From NCBI GenBank assembly GCA_964035545.1, contig OZ037768.1, positions 3,070,741 to 3,134,740 of the forward strand: a stretch of 64,000 bases of DNA, given 5' to 3'. This document shows, piece after piece, positions 29,006 to 41,391 of the stretch. Made by a program: the position numbers and the translations under genes. The notes below the pieces were generated by a model. The model saw nothing but the letters and a program-made list of their open reading frames with translations. It was not told the DNA's origin and did not search any database. Source of the stretch: Bugula neritina. Lineage: Eukaryota > Animalia > Bryozoa. Every line of letters starts with the position of its first letter. The first letter of the stretch is position 1.

Positions 29006-29092
<87 letters not shown>

Positions 29093-32000
29093 TCTCTCTC
29101 ACACACACACACACACTCATTCGCTCACTCAATAACTCCATCTTTCACCTTCTCACTCGCTCGATCACTCACTTACTCACCCAGTGGAGTCTTATGTTCT
29201 CAAAATGATCATTCAAGTAATGGCTGTTTTGAAGCTCCACCAAACTTTTAAACCATCATACCTTCTAATCATTTATTCATAGTTTTCATAGCTAAAAATT
29301 ATCCTGTATGGAGTTTATTTGTTACGGATATGAGAGGGTTTTTGTTTTGAAACCTGCACCTTTTGCATTGCCAAAGTTTGAATTAGGTGCAAATAACCAG
29401 TTGGAAAAGTGGCCATCAAGATTTCAATCATTGTACAGGCAACTCCTGCACAATTTGGCCAACAAAGTATGGTGTTGAGAAGCACTATAAGCAGTGTTAA
29501 TCAGCCATTCTCTTGCTAAACATTATACCAAACTATATAACTACAGATAGGTTGGCTGAGACTTTTTAAATTATTGTCATACTGCTTTTCTTTTGTTCAT
29601 TTGTTTGATGATATTTCTTTATCTCTTCGAAATATTTGTATATAAGTAATATGTAATTTCAAGAAACCTGGATTTCTATCACTTCACAAATAGAGAGAAT
29701 CTGTAACACATCTGTTATCAATTATGGTTTTACAGGAATGTGTAATCTAAAAAATATGAGTTCTGAGTCATTTTGGTGGTACTTCTCACTTTGTGAAAGT
29801 GATTGTTGTCAAATTAAAAGTGAATTATCAGAATTGAGCTCAGATTTGGCTGGTAAAAATCGGTGAGAAGAGCAACACATTTCTTTCATGAGATTCCAAA
29901 TTTTCAAAGCTCTGTTTAGTTTATCTAAAATTCTCAGCTGAGTTACAGCAGGTTCAATTTAGGGAAAACTTCTGAACATAGACTGTGTTCAGTGACAATT
30001 TACAAACCATCTCAAAATGTGAAGTGCTTTGCTTATTAGATTTACTCTATTATAGCAGTAACCACAGGTGGGGGCTAACCTGCGTGTAGTAGCTCATTAC
30101 ATTGTATCAGGAATAAGATGGTACATCACCTTCTGTATTATTAGCTTTTAAAATTTTAGAAGTTTGGAACATTAGAGCAGCTACGCAGAATGCAGCTGTT
30201 GTTTAGCCTATTTAAGTCAAAGAATGTTATAAACTGCTCTTTTTGCACAAGACATCAATTCTTGAGCAATAATACCAGCATATGCAGTTATATAAGCATT
30301 AGCAACATATAAATATTTAATGATTGATGCTAATTGCTATATTTTTTGCATAATTCTATTTCAACTATCCATTAATTATTTTAATTGAAGTTTTGTAAAT
30401 ATCTTGTTTAGTTGAAATGTAGGAGTTAAAATAAATTTAGTAACATAAATCAACTGGAACATTCACATCAGATAGACATTCTATTTTAGGGAAGAATTCT
30501 TAACCTTGATGTCCTAAAAATGTAGACCTATAAATATTAGTGTCAAAAAGAGACTTTTTTGTAATAATTTAAAATTTCAAAACAGATTTGATGACACATG
30601 TGCTTGTGAAGGTCATGTAAGGGTCACACGTTATGCTTTTAAAGGCTTCCTCAACCAAGAAACGCACGTGCCCTGCACGTTATGAAACGTGAATCTGGTG
30701 ATATTTTAGTTTAAATAATTTTATTGGCAAATAAAAATCTTTTTTTTTGTTGCATCACCTGCGTTGCTTTTGAGGTGTTACATCTCAACATGTGCTGGTA
30801 CTAAAAACACCATAAGTTTAGAAAACTGCTGCATTTCCATTTCTCAAGCCAAAAAATGCTATATATAAGAAACGTTATTACTTGAACAGGTCGTGAAGAT
30901 TCTGGCGAATATGCAGACGTGAACACGAGCTCAAATTTTGACTCCTATGATGACGATGCCGATGAAACTGACACCGGAAGCAAAGAATTGCAGGGGCAGA
31001 CGACTGGTGAAGATGAGGAAGGAGATGGCTACGCTAGCGACTCCAGTAGTCAAGACACTGTGAGAGAGCGAGTTGCATCACGTAATCCTAAAGGTATACT
31101 TACTGCTTTGTGGCCAACTATGAGTTTATTTTTAAGTTTTTGTGTTAAAATTTCCATTACTAAAATCTAAATCAAACATTTAGAAGGAGTGGGTGGTCTG
31201 TAAAGCAATGTTTATACTCTTAAAAGTTTATAATGTGAAGTCTTTGTTAAGCAATTATCTGCTTGAATCAACACACAAGCAAAATTGTATTAAAATAAAC
31301 ATCTGAATGCATCTCAGAGCAAATTTTAACTTTGTACTATTTTTATGCACTAACAATTATAACATATAAATAATATGCATTTTATTGAAAGATTTAATAT
31401 AAATAAAGTGTTGGTTATATCAATTGATGAATATTTAGGGTCAGTTAGTGACGCTGACAGCACAGATAACATAGCCTCAAATCCATCTTCATCAACAGCT
31501 AGTAGAGAGGATGGTCTAGCTACCGAACCTGGTTATGTGGAAATACTAGGTGGGGAAGAGCCACCTGATGAGTGGCTGAATTTAGGGTCACGCAGAGAAC
31601 GAATTGATTCCAGTTCGAGTTCATCTGATGCTGGCTTTCAGTACATTTCAGCTGATAGAAGTCCATCGTATCTTCAAAATATGGACAGATTTACTGGTGG
31701 AAACAGTTATGAACATGTAAGTTGCTTTCATTTGGAAAGTTTCAACTTGTAATCAACGTTTTCATTCATCAAGGGATGTGTTGCGGTAGTCAGAAAAGGT
31801 CTTGCTGAATGGAGCTTAATTTTTTTATTGATTGTGAATATTTAGCAAAACTAAATTTAGAAGTTGCAACTTCCAAGTATTGTGTTTTTCTTTTACCATG
31901 TCTTCTAGTAATTTATATTTGCCAAGTTATATTTAGGGATTATAGTTTGGGGTTTGAAATCCTGTATGTTTAAAAAGCACAGCTATTGTCCCACTATGCA

Positions 32001-35000
32001 AAATTATAATATAAAATGTTTACAGCCTACTGCAACCTAAACTTTTTACTATTAGTATGTAATAAGTCTATTTTTTTTAAAAGTCAAGAATTGACAAACC
32101 ATTCTTTATATAAAACTAATTTTGGTACAGGAAACAGTTGATGACTATTCAGTACCTGATGGGCATTTGAGACCCAGACTTGGTACTCCAACTCTTGAGC
32201 TACCAACTCATAGCCATGGCTCTGAACCCATGCAAGAAGACTTCATCACACAGTCTAAGTTCGAGAGGCAAGAACACTGCCCATCTCCAGTGGATTCTAT
32301 GGAGAATGAGCCTACGTATGATGATGTAGCTTCACCTACTAGTTGTGATGCTGCGCTACATACCAGTGTACCCACTGATGGTTTTCACTCGCATTTTTCT
32401 AATGATTTGGAGCCTGAAAATGTAAGTTTTGTGCAATTTTGCCTGTAGTTGGTCAATATCTAATAGACTGCTATGTGCCATGTTTCACTCTTTGTGCATG
32501 TTTCATTTTCTAGGAGATAGAGGTTGTTGGTAGACAAAGGTCTAGCATGTCTTCACCAGATTGGGAGATTGTTGAAAAACCTGCTAATGATACGGTGAGA
32601 GTTTTTTGTATTCTCCCCAAGTTACTATTCGATGTGTCTGCCAAATGATTTGGTTGAGTATTGTTAAACTGAAGCTTTAAAGAAAATTGTTGCTATGAAA
32701 CTTATGTATGATTGGTGCCAACTTTTCTATTTACAGGAACTGTTTGTTGGTCCATCCTCTCCGGATCCTGCTGAGCCTGAAGTTGACATGCAGACTACTG
32801 CAGATAATCAATCTGAACAGACAGACACTGTAGAGACTGCAGACATTGAGCCTCCTGTACCTTCTGTCCGCACTGACTCATATGAAAGAGTGGAAAAGTT
32901 ACGAGAAGAAATGAGGTCATCTGGAAAATCAAAATCAACTGAGATTCCCAATGTTCGGTAAAACTTGTTTTAGTACTAATTTTACTGCTGCTGTGCGATA
33001 AAACTATTTGTATATTTCTACATTTGAAACACTTCTATTGCATGTTGATATGTAGTTTCAATCCAAAAAATGCTTCTACAATTTTTATAGTCAAAATTTT
33101 TTTACAGACAAAGTCGCAGTACTGAGCGGTTCACAGAACGTATGAAATCACTGGAGCAAACAAAGGCTTTGAGGGAGAAGAGAACTCCTACTCCCACCGG
33201 ACTTACTGGAAAATTCTCAGCTGCGTTTTCTAAGTTTGAACCAACTGATGAGAAAGTAAGAATAAAGAAATCAAGTAGTCCCTTTGCTCAGCGTAAGTCC
33301 AGCCCTGTTACCGTAGCTCCTGCTACCACTGTCACTGTACCTAAATCTGCTCCACTAAGCTCAACACCAGCTGCTTCTGACGATGAAAAGACAAGTGAAA
33401 AAAGCAAACCTTTGCTGGTAAAACAGGAAAAGTCTGTAGAAGTAGAAATAGTGAAACCAACTGTGGTAAAAACAGTGCAAGCTTCAGCACCTCCAGAGTC
33501 TAAACCAGCTGTAATGCAGGAACCTTCATACAAAGCCAGTGTGTCTGATGTTGAGTCTACGGCCAGCATGCCAAGCGAGACTAAGCCTAAACGAATAGAA
33601 CGCTCAAAAACATTCAATACAGGAGTGCCGACTCGAGCCAGTGGTGCTAAGGTTTTAGAGCGAATGGCAAAGTTTGGTCAGTCAGTAGATGTACCAAAAA
33701 CAAAGCAAGCTATCACGACCAAAAATAAAGATACTGAAAGATTTGAGAGACACACACACGTGGCACCTGAGTCCCAATCTAGCACTCAGCCTCGCTTTGA
33801 TGTTGACATTCAAATTAGTCGTCAGCCGTTGCCTGGTCAAGATAACTTCAGCGGCCATGGGTATCAGGGTAACACAACGGCAGCCATTACGGTTAGCCGC
33901 GACAAAGTCAAGGTTGAACACATCAATAAGCAGCCGAGGGGAATAGAGGAGGTCAGAAAAGAAGAGTATTTCAATGTGTGGGATACGGAAGTACCTGTAA
34001 CCGATGGCAACAAGAAGGTAATTGTACATTATTGGCACAATAGATATGTGCTCTAAAATTGCGAGCATTTGCTTTTACAACTCACTATATTTGTTGCTAG
34101 TGTTTAACAGTATATTTTTGTGTGATTTCAAAGCTCTTCTTTGATGTATGAAATTATAAGGGCTACACTGACCCATATTAATATGGTCAACAGCAAGCTT
34201 TATAATTTCATACACACTCATCGCTTTCACAAACTTTCTATTCTGCTTGCTAATATTAGTAGTTATTTTCTTTAGCATCACAACTTTTTCCTATGATTTA
34301 CACACCCTTTTAGGTGCTAATGCCACGTCGCTTGCATGTTACCTCGGTTAGTCGAGAAATTAAACCCACAAATTCTAAGCAATCTAAATCAAAGTCTCTA
34401 AACAGATCTCGATCAGAGCCCAGACTTCGTAAGGCTTCTTCACCTCAAGACCAGCAGGTAACAGCTTTCAGCACGATAGGCTAGTTAGTACTTGCAGCCT
34501 TTGATTTACTTAACTTAACTTAGTTTAGAGTGGAGTTGTTTTCTCATGCCAATATTAACAAACTCGCGCAGTGTAAGATAACTTCTAATCCTTGCATCTA
34601 CCTTTACTTGCACATGATTATTTGAATTAGAGACGTACTCTAAACCAGTTCATCAAATAAATGGATTTTGTTATGTGTGTCTCATTTCAAGGAATGGCTG
34701 ACACCTTGTTTAAAAACTGTATTATTTTCAATAGTTCTTGAAATATTATGTCATTACTTTGATAGGCTAGTTGAAAGTTGATGGCGTAAATGAAAACTGT
34801 TTAGATGACTCATACATCCTTCTCTACATTCACGCATGCCAATTATATTATATTTTTAATCATTTTATGATATTCTTGTAAATTGTAGGAAATATCAATA
34901 ACTGTTCGACCTCAGATTTCATCAAATCAGTGTTCAGAACCTGCAAGCAAGTACACTGATTCTACCTCGGACATACAAGAAAATGCCAGGATGAGAAGTA

Positions 35001-38000
35001 GCATTGCTTTACAGCCCCAAGATGAAGTCATTCCAACCAGGATTCTACCTTCATACTCTGCCAGGTAAGCATATTCCTTATTAAGTTTAATTTATAGCAT
35101 TACTTTGGTAGGTTCATTAAATTATTTGTATGTGTGTTGGTCTTGCTCAATCAGTGTGTTAACATATGACTGTATACAATATTTTGTTGGTAAATTACAG
35201 CGTTAGTTTTTGCTAAATATTGATCGTATTCTTTCCTGAAATTTTTTTGAATTTTAATTATATTTTTTTGTATTTTTAGACAATATGGAAGTTCAAATAA
35301 ATCTCGGTCTAGTGGGCTGTCTACTAAGAATGAGGAAGTAAGAGACTCTACAAGGATGGCGAAGGACCACTCACAGCCGCAACAGGCTCGTCCGCAGCTG
35401 CAGAAGGGCCACTCAGAGCCAGAAAGGGACCACCCATTGCGCAAAGCTGACTCATTGGATGAGCTAAGGAGTGGTCAACTAGTTGCACAAACAAAGAATA
35501 TATTCAATAAGGAAGACCCTCATGCTATTAGAATCCTTCCTACTACCTACAATAAAATCTACTCTAGCTCTAGGCCTGAGGTGGGTGATCAAACTTGAAT
35601 TGAGATGTTGAAATACTACTGAGTGTCATACTTTACTCCTTTCCCGTACACATAATTAATATTTAAATTGATCGCAAGACAGCATTGGTTTAATTCTAGC
35701 TTTTTTCGTAAATATGCTTGCACATTGTGAATGAGAGTTATCTTTTCATGAGGAATGGCTACCAAACACAATCACACTTCCTTTTGAAAGAAAACATTCA
35801 TAATCTTTTTAAAATTGCAGTTATAATTTAGCTCTTGAAACTGCATAGTAAGTCAAACATTATCTATGGCTAGCTTTATTAATTTTGCCTTTTGCAGCAG
35901 ATGAGGTCATAAAAGGTTTTTTCAAACTTAGCGTTGAGCAAAATGTTAGTGTTAATCATGCACTGGTGAAGGCGTAGGAAATGATAAACCATGCTCTGGT
36001 GTTGTGTTGTAGACATTTGTGGGAGTTAGCAGTGAGAGGTCATGGGATAACAGACGCAAGGAGAGACAGGAGATGGTGAGTGATGCTGTGAGAGATTTAG
36101 TCAGCGCATATGATCAGGCCGAGGAGGTAGACTCTAGACACGACTACAATATTGGGTATAGCAGAGAAAATCTAGAATACACAAGGAAGTGGGTGGAGAA
36201 TACAGAGATCTCTCAAGAGATTCCTCCTCGTGTAAGTACATAGACATTGTAGAGTTCAGTGTGCGATAGTTATTTGAAAGATTTTTTTTTAATTTCGGTT
36301 AAAAACTGTAGTTCTCCGTACTAAAACATTCATTTATTTTTTTTTGTAACTGCACACATCATTATGTGTGACGTATTTGTTGGTTTTAGCCTGCATCTGA
36401 GAGTTCTCAAATTTTGGCCCAGAGTGAAAATGAGAAGACGGCAGATCCTGTTAAGGACGACATTGCGTATCGTCGTATGCAAGCAGCCAACAGACGTGCC
36501 ATTCCCAAACACTTCACTACTCCGAGCTTCCTTACTCTTAGCTCAGCCTCTCCAGCACCTTCTGTTATTAGTGATAGGGGCAGGTAAGAGGTCACTGGAA
36601 ATCTATTTGACAATACAAATGCTATAATGTTGTTTAAAACCTAACATTTAGAGTTATTTGCATTTTTGTTTTTTAAAATAGAGCAAGAAGCACAGATCGA
36701 AATGGCAGAGATCGACCAGTTGGGCGACCTAAGGGAAGATCTCGATCTCTTCCTCGTAAAAAAGCCTCCAAGGCTATAGCCGATCGACTCAGCGTGTTTT
36801 CTAATGAAGCACCAACTGAAATTAGTTACCCTGAAGAAATCAAAGCATCATCTACACGACCTCTGTACAGTCAGAGCTTCTCTCAACGTCGATCAACTTC
36901 TCCACGACCAGTTACTCAAAAGGTGAGTCTGTGGGTTTTTTAAACATATGGGTAAGCACTTGACCAAGAAGTTCTTCACATGATCATAGCATAGAGTAAA
37001 ATATTGTTACTATAAGAATTACTTATTTTAATTTAGGAGAAGTTGGCAGCTCGGAGGTCAATGCCTGCTCCAACTGGTAACGGTCGAGAAGAAGAGATTG
37101 AGCAAGGTTCACCCCGAGCTCCCTCCAAGGGTGTAGCTATGATGGTAGAATTGTATAACAAAAACAAAACTGGTGACTCACCCCTGGCGGATGTTGACGA
37201 ACAGACATTGGGTAGCGTAGATGATAGCATGTTTAATCAACGAGGTGTTCCTCCTACGCCCCTTAAAGGTTAGTTGTATTTAAATAATTTTTTAGATTTC
37301 TGCTTGTTACTTTAGTAAAACTAGTATTAGTTTGTTGAGTGATATTTTATTCAATATTCGGATATCTCAAGTCTTTCAGTTGAATATGCAAAGTAACCAC
37401 GTATTATCTTATATTTAGTCGTAGATGAAACTCCTCAATCATCACAAGCATGGAAGACATGGCTAGGACAAACAGACAGATCTGCTTTGGAGCAGAAGGT
37501 AGAAAAGGTATACAACAAGAACGTGAAGCAACAAGAAGCCCCACCTATTAAACGTGACAGTAAGGTAAGAGGTGTGGCTGCTTTCTTCGTCAGACAGAGC
37601 AATAATCACTTCTATTTAATTCATTTAATTTTTATTTTCTGCGATAATTGGAATGCCAACTGTTGAACTTGTAGCCCACAGTGAACAGTGGTTGGCAGCA
37701 ACGATCAGTACATGAAGAACTAGCTATCAGACCAGGTCACATTTCACAGACCCAAAGGACTGCACCCTTGGCTTCCCCGCCTCGCCCCGTTAAATCTACT
37801 CAGGCTGTAGAAGCTCAGCAACGAAGAGCCTGGAGTAACTCTCCTCCTCCCCCTACCTTACCTCAAAGAGGGTGAGTTTTCAGGCTTGGTAGCTGTGTGT
37901 GCTATAAAATAAGACATTGCAATAACACTAACATGTTGCATGTGATGCTTATTAATTAAACGATGCATAAAATTGAAAATAAGTGTATTTCTAATCATTT

Positions 38001-41000
38001 ACTCGCATCTTTGGTCCTCATTCAACTTAATTAATATTTTAGTTGGGCTTTGCTTTGCATGTTGTCAAATAATATTGAATTCTACCACCGCCACCAGTGC
38101 ATGTGTATATGTAGGTTGTATTTGCTTTTAGTAGCTTATACTTGCTTACAATTGTATGATATACATACTGACGTATACTCCCACCTACACACTTACCCTG
38201 CATACTTACAGTTATAATGCCGAACCTCAGCCCCAGTATCCACCTGAGTCGGGCTATCCCCATCACAAGGCGTCTGCATTTGATAACTACAAGCAGCAAA
38301 GTCTCAACAAGTTCAGGCAGGATGAACAGTATGCCACAGTACAGCGACCTCGGCCTGGCCTTCGTCAGCAGCCGCCACAGCAGCCTCCAGCTCGGCCCAA
38401 CAGTTTCGACCAGGCACTGTTACTTCAGGCAGCTCCACCAAAACCTGAGCGTCTTTACAACACTTCAGAGTATGTCAACCCCTAGATTCCTATAACTTCT
38501 GGCTTTCATAGTTTAGCGCATGTATGACTAACCCCCAACTTGGCTGGCTACAGACTAGAGAATAGTGTTGATAGAGTAATCTAGGTCACTACTGCAAACA
38601 AGCTTGATCTTGCAGGTGGTAGAGCAGAGGTGCAGTTATTTTCAATAGCTTCTTTCTCTTAACTATTATTTCTTGTGTGATGAGTTGTATTTATACATTC
38701 TAAACTTAAGAGCCACTTTAATTGGTAGAAAGCAATGCAAAGCAAATATTACATCCCTGCTTTTATTTTTTGATGCTATGTGACTCCAGTTAGAAATAAT
38801 TGCAACTTAGCGAGTAGATGATACATGGTGGTCGCCAAATCTTACTTGTTTGATAGTCTATTTATCTAAACCCAAGAAACTCTATTCTTTTAGCTAATAA
38901 AAGTTTACATGAATAGCAAGGCGTGGAACTCATGAACTATTTGCTATTCTTTAGAGGTCAGCAACTCCCTGTGTAGGCACCTGTGTGTTTAAAGTAATTG
39001 CAGTTTTAGTAAACATGAAATCTTTCTCTGAAAACAATGTTAAATGAGATGTTTTCGTTTGAATTTGCGGAGAAATATTAAGTAATGGTGAAAAATATTT
39101 GGTTTTGTCAGAGTATTACTGCATGCAATATGTGAACAGCTGTTATAAATGCTAAAAATATATACTAATAACATCCTGTGATCGGCATTTGTTAATATAT
39201 TTGCACACAAGCATGTACGATGACCTACTACGGCTCACTACGCCTACAAGCTTGAACTAATGACTCATACTGGTGCTCACAACTCCCACGCTTACAAGCG
39301 TTGGTTGAAGAGCTCCTCTTTGTTGAGAACTGTAATGCAGTAAATATTCGCATGTTTTTTCTGGCCTTCGTAACTCACTAGCTGCGATTTAATTACGCAT
39401 GGCTCAATATGTTTGCTGACATAAGGAAATTAATTATACTGTCATTGCTGCTTCCCTTTGTTCTGATAGTTAATTAAAAAAAACTACGCAAGTTTCACGC
39501 ACATTACAAGCCAAAGTGACAACCTGTGCTTGTGGTTATGTCAACAAATCTAAATTTAACACCACCAGAAGCAAGAACTTCTAAATATATAACACAACAG
39601 CCATTTGTAGAAAAAAACAAGTTGCTCGAAAACTATGTTTCCTGGGTTTGATAATAATAAGGAACTCAGAAATAAGGAACCAATTTGAGACTAAACGCTA
39701 CATTTCTGTATGATGAAAATATTCTTTTAGCTTGAGATTTATGATTTTTGTTTAGGTTGTGGGACGTATATCCACCGTCAGAGTACCCAACCACCAACTC
39801 TCTACACGGATATAATCAGTCTAAACCATCTCAGTACTCTACCCACGCTGGTACTGCAGTTGAATACAAAGGTGGCCCTCGCGCACAAAGGACACCTAGC
39901 ACTGACTACACTGACCACAAACAACAGATAGACCAGAGACAATATCCTGACCCTAGACTTCACACTGACCCTCGTCAACCACCTCGAGATTACTACAGAG
40001 ATTATCCTTCCCAACCGAGGCCCACACCAAGGTGAGAACTCAGCTGCATTCTTGAAAAGCTGCTAATTTCAACACTGTTATGTCCTTTAGTTTGATCATG
40101 TTCTTGAGTTTAATGGCTTGAACAGTAAAATAGTCCACTATTATTCACCAGTCACACTGCATACTGATTACCTTACTGATCTTATATTTGTTCTCAATGC
40201 TAGTCCTCTCTCTATTCACCAGATATGATGAGCAGGTTTACCCGCCGCAACAGCAGCCTTCATACCGAGCTCCAGATCAAGGATACAGACCACCAGTCAA
40301 ACCGAACTACCAGCCCTCCAGAGACATGGTATTTGACAACCGGTGAGATTCTAAACCTCAGTGAATATTGCTCTCATTATTTATTCCTCTTGAGTATTTA
40401 TGAGAACTGATTGAGTTCATATATTGAAGTATATAACTGTATTTTTAGAGGATATCCTGTTGCTGATGCTTACAACTCCTATCCCGCTGACCAGGTAGAC
40501 AGTTACAGACACAACACAGTGCGAAAAGACTCCAGATATCCCCATGAACAGGTAGGTTGACAAACACTTCTAAATGGATGATTTCTTAACTGTTATTATC
40601 CAGTTATGGTGTTAATTGATTGAAATGTGTTTTAGCCACCAAGAGGACCCATACCAGATCCTCGCTACGCTCAAACTAATGGAGTGCGTAGTCCACCACC
40701 CCAACAAACTGATCCTAGATATGGGGCATTCGATCCTAGGCTAGAGACTGGTAGCAAGCCTAAGCGCACAAACTCTGTACCAAATATAAAGCACCAGATT
40801 ACTTCTCCTAAAGGCCAGATGGCAAATACAACGTACAACCCGCGGTATCATGATCAATATATGGAGGAGAGAGCCCAGCAGTATCCTCAACACCAAAGAG
40901 TTCCATCTAGCTCAGGTTCTGGCTCTCTGCCAAGAAACAGCAAAAAAGATAAAAATAGAGGAAAGGACAATAGAAACTCCGCTGGTCTTCCAGAATTCAT

Positions 41001-41391
41001 ACCTATACAGTACGCTACGGGCAAATACGCAACCCGCCCTGCATCTCAGCATCCTCCTCAGAACTACAACTATCCACAGAAGCACCAAAACAATAACTAT
41101 CCACCAGCCATGAACAACAATAGGTACTATAGCCCATCAAATGAACAAGCCTATCCTCCAGGCAACCACCAGTACCCCTCTGCTAACGGCTATCCATATT
41201 CTTCCAATGGCCCCGCCTACCCAACAAATGGCTCCGCCTACCCAGCAAATGGACATGGCTACCCAGCAAATGGACATGGCTACCCAGCAAATGGACATGG
41301 TTATCAACACGAAGATATGTATTCTCAGCAACGAACTAGGCCAGGTGTTGGTATTATATATAACCCAGAGTTGGGTATCTCAGATTTTTAA
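16182..41391 (+). CDS. Giant intrinsically disordered scaffold/adaptor-like protein, 27 exons (2693 aa from ATG 16182; about 3343 aa if joined to the 3416-8303 exons)
   Basis: Exons: 16176-17549, 18069-18447, 21405-21511, 22913-23032, 25218-25344, 27867-28373, 28708-28833, 30890-31093, 31439-31716, 32131-32421, 32514-32594, 32737-32957, 33108-34017, 34314-34457, 34889-35064, 35280-35580, 36013-36231, 36390-36583, 36682-36922, 37037-37268, 37419-37564, 37675-37871, 38212-38469, 39756-40031, 40223-40342, 40449-40551, 40636-41391. All junctions are GT-AG and phase-consistent; the CDS is 8082 nt, divisible by 3, and ends ...NPELGISDF*. AATAAA lies at 41717-41722. Confidence 0.85.
18805..18942. 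repeat. Degenerate 19-21-bp tandem repeat (TACCAGTGTACATATATTG-like)
   Basis: About 7 recurrences of CCAGT(G/T)TA. Confidence 0.7.
22331..22452. promoter_or_regulatory. Pair of RFX X-box-like motifs (AAACCATGGCAAC; GTTGCCATGGAAAC) at a possible internal promoter
   Basis: Motifs lie at 22331-22343 and 22439-22452, followed by a consensus donor AG|GTGAGT at 22604/22605 that is not used by any coding exon. Confidence 0.5.
25080..25163. mobile_element. Possible piggyBac-type element terminus (fragment)
   Basis: It ends ...GGCATCGAAGGG followed by TTAA, the piggyBac terminal signature. I could not find the partner TIR. Confidence 0.3.
27812..27825. promoter_or_regulatory. Perfect palindromic RFX X-box GTTGCCATGGCAAC
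   Basis: Exact 14-bp palindrome matching the RFX consensus, 41 bp upstream of the 27867 acceptor. Confidence 0.6.
28855..29116. repeat. Compound (CT)n/(CCCT)n plus (CA)n microsatellite
   Basis: About 245 bp of near-pure pyrimidine tract followed by (AC)8. Confidence 0.97.
41170..41305 (+). repeat. Coding 21-bp repeat encoding YPANGHG-like heptads
   Basis: TACCCAGCAAATGGACATGGC occurs three times plus degenerate copies in the last exon. Confidence 0.85.

Noticed and set aside
28870-29141. (ER)n ORFs on the minus strand
   Set aside because: They are an artefact of the (CT)n microsatellite.
33288-34068. Antisense ORFs over large exons (also 7460-7675, 16559-17275, 50239-50763)
   Set aside because: They are shadows of real coding exons on the opposite strand or frame.
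38950-39650. Possible transposon remnant in an intron (also 47800-48400, 57600-57870)
   Set aside because: The composition is suggestive, but I could not identify termini, TSDs or coding remnants.
40204-40222. Upstream acceptor at 40203
   Set aside because: It leads to an in-frame TGA; the 40222 acceptor keeps the frame.
16182-41391. Naming the giant protein LMO7/LIMCH1
   Set aside because: There is only one short motif resemblance, and no CH, PDZ or LIM domain in the assembled sequence.
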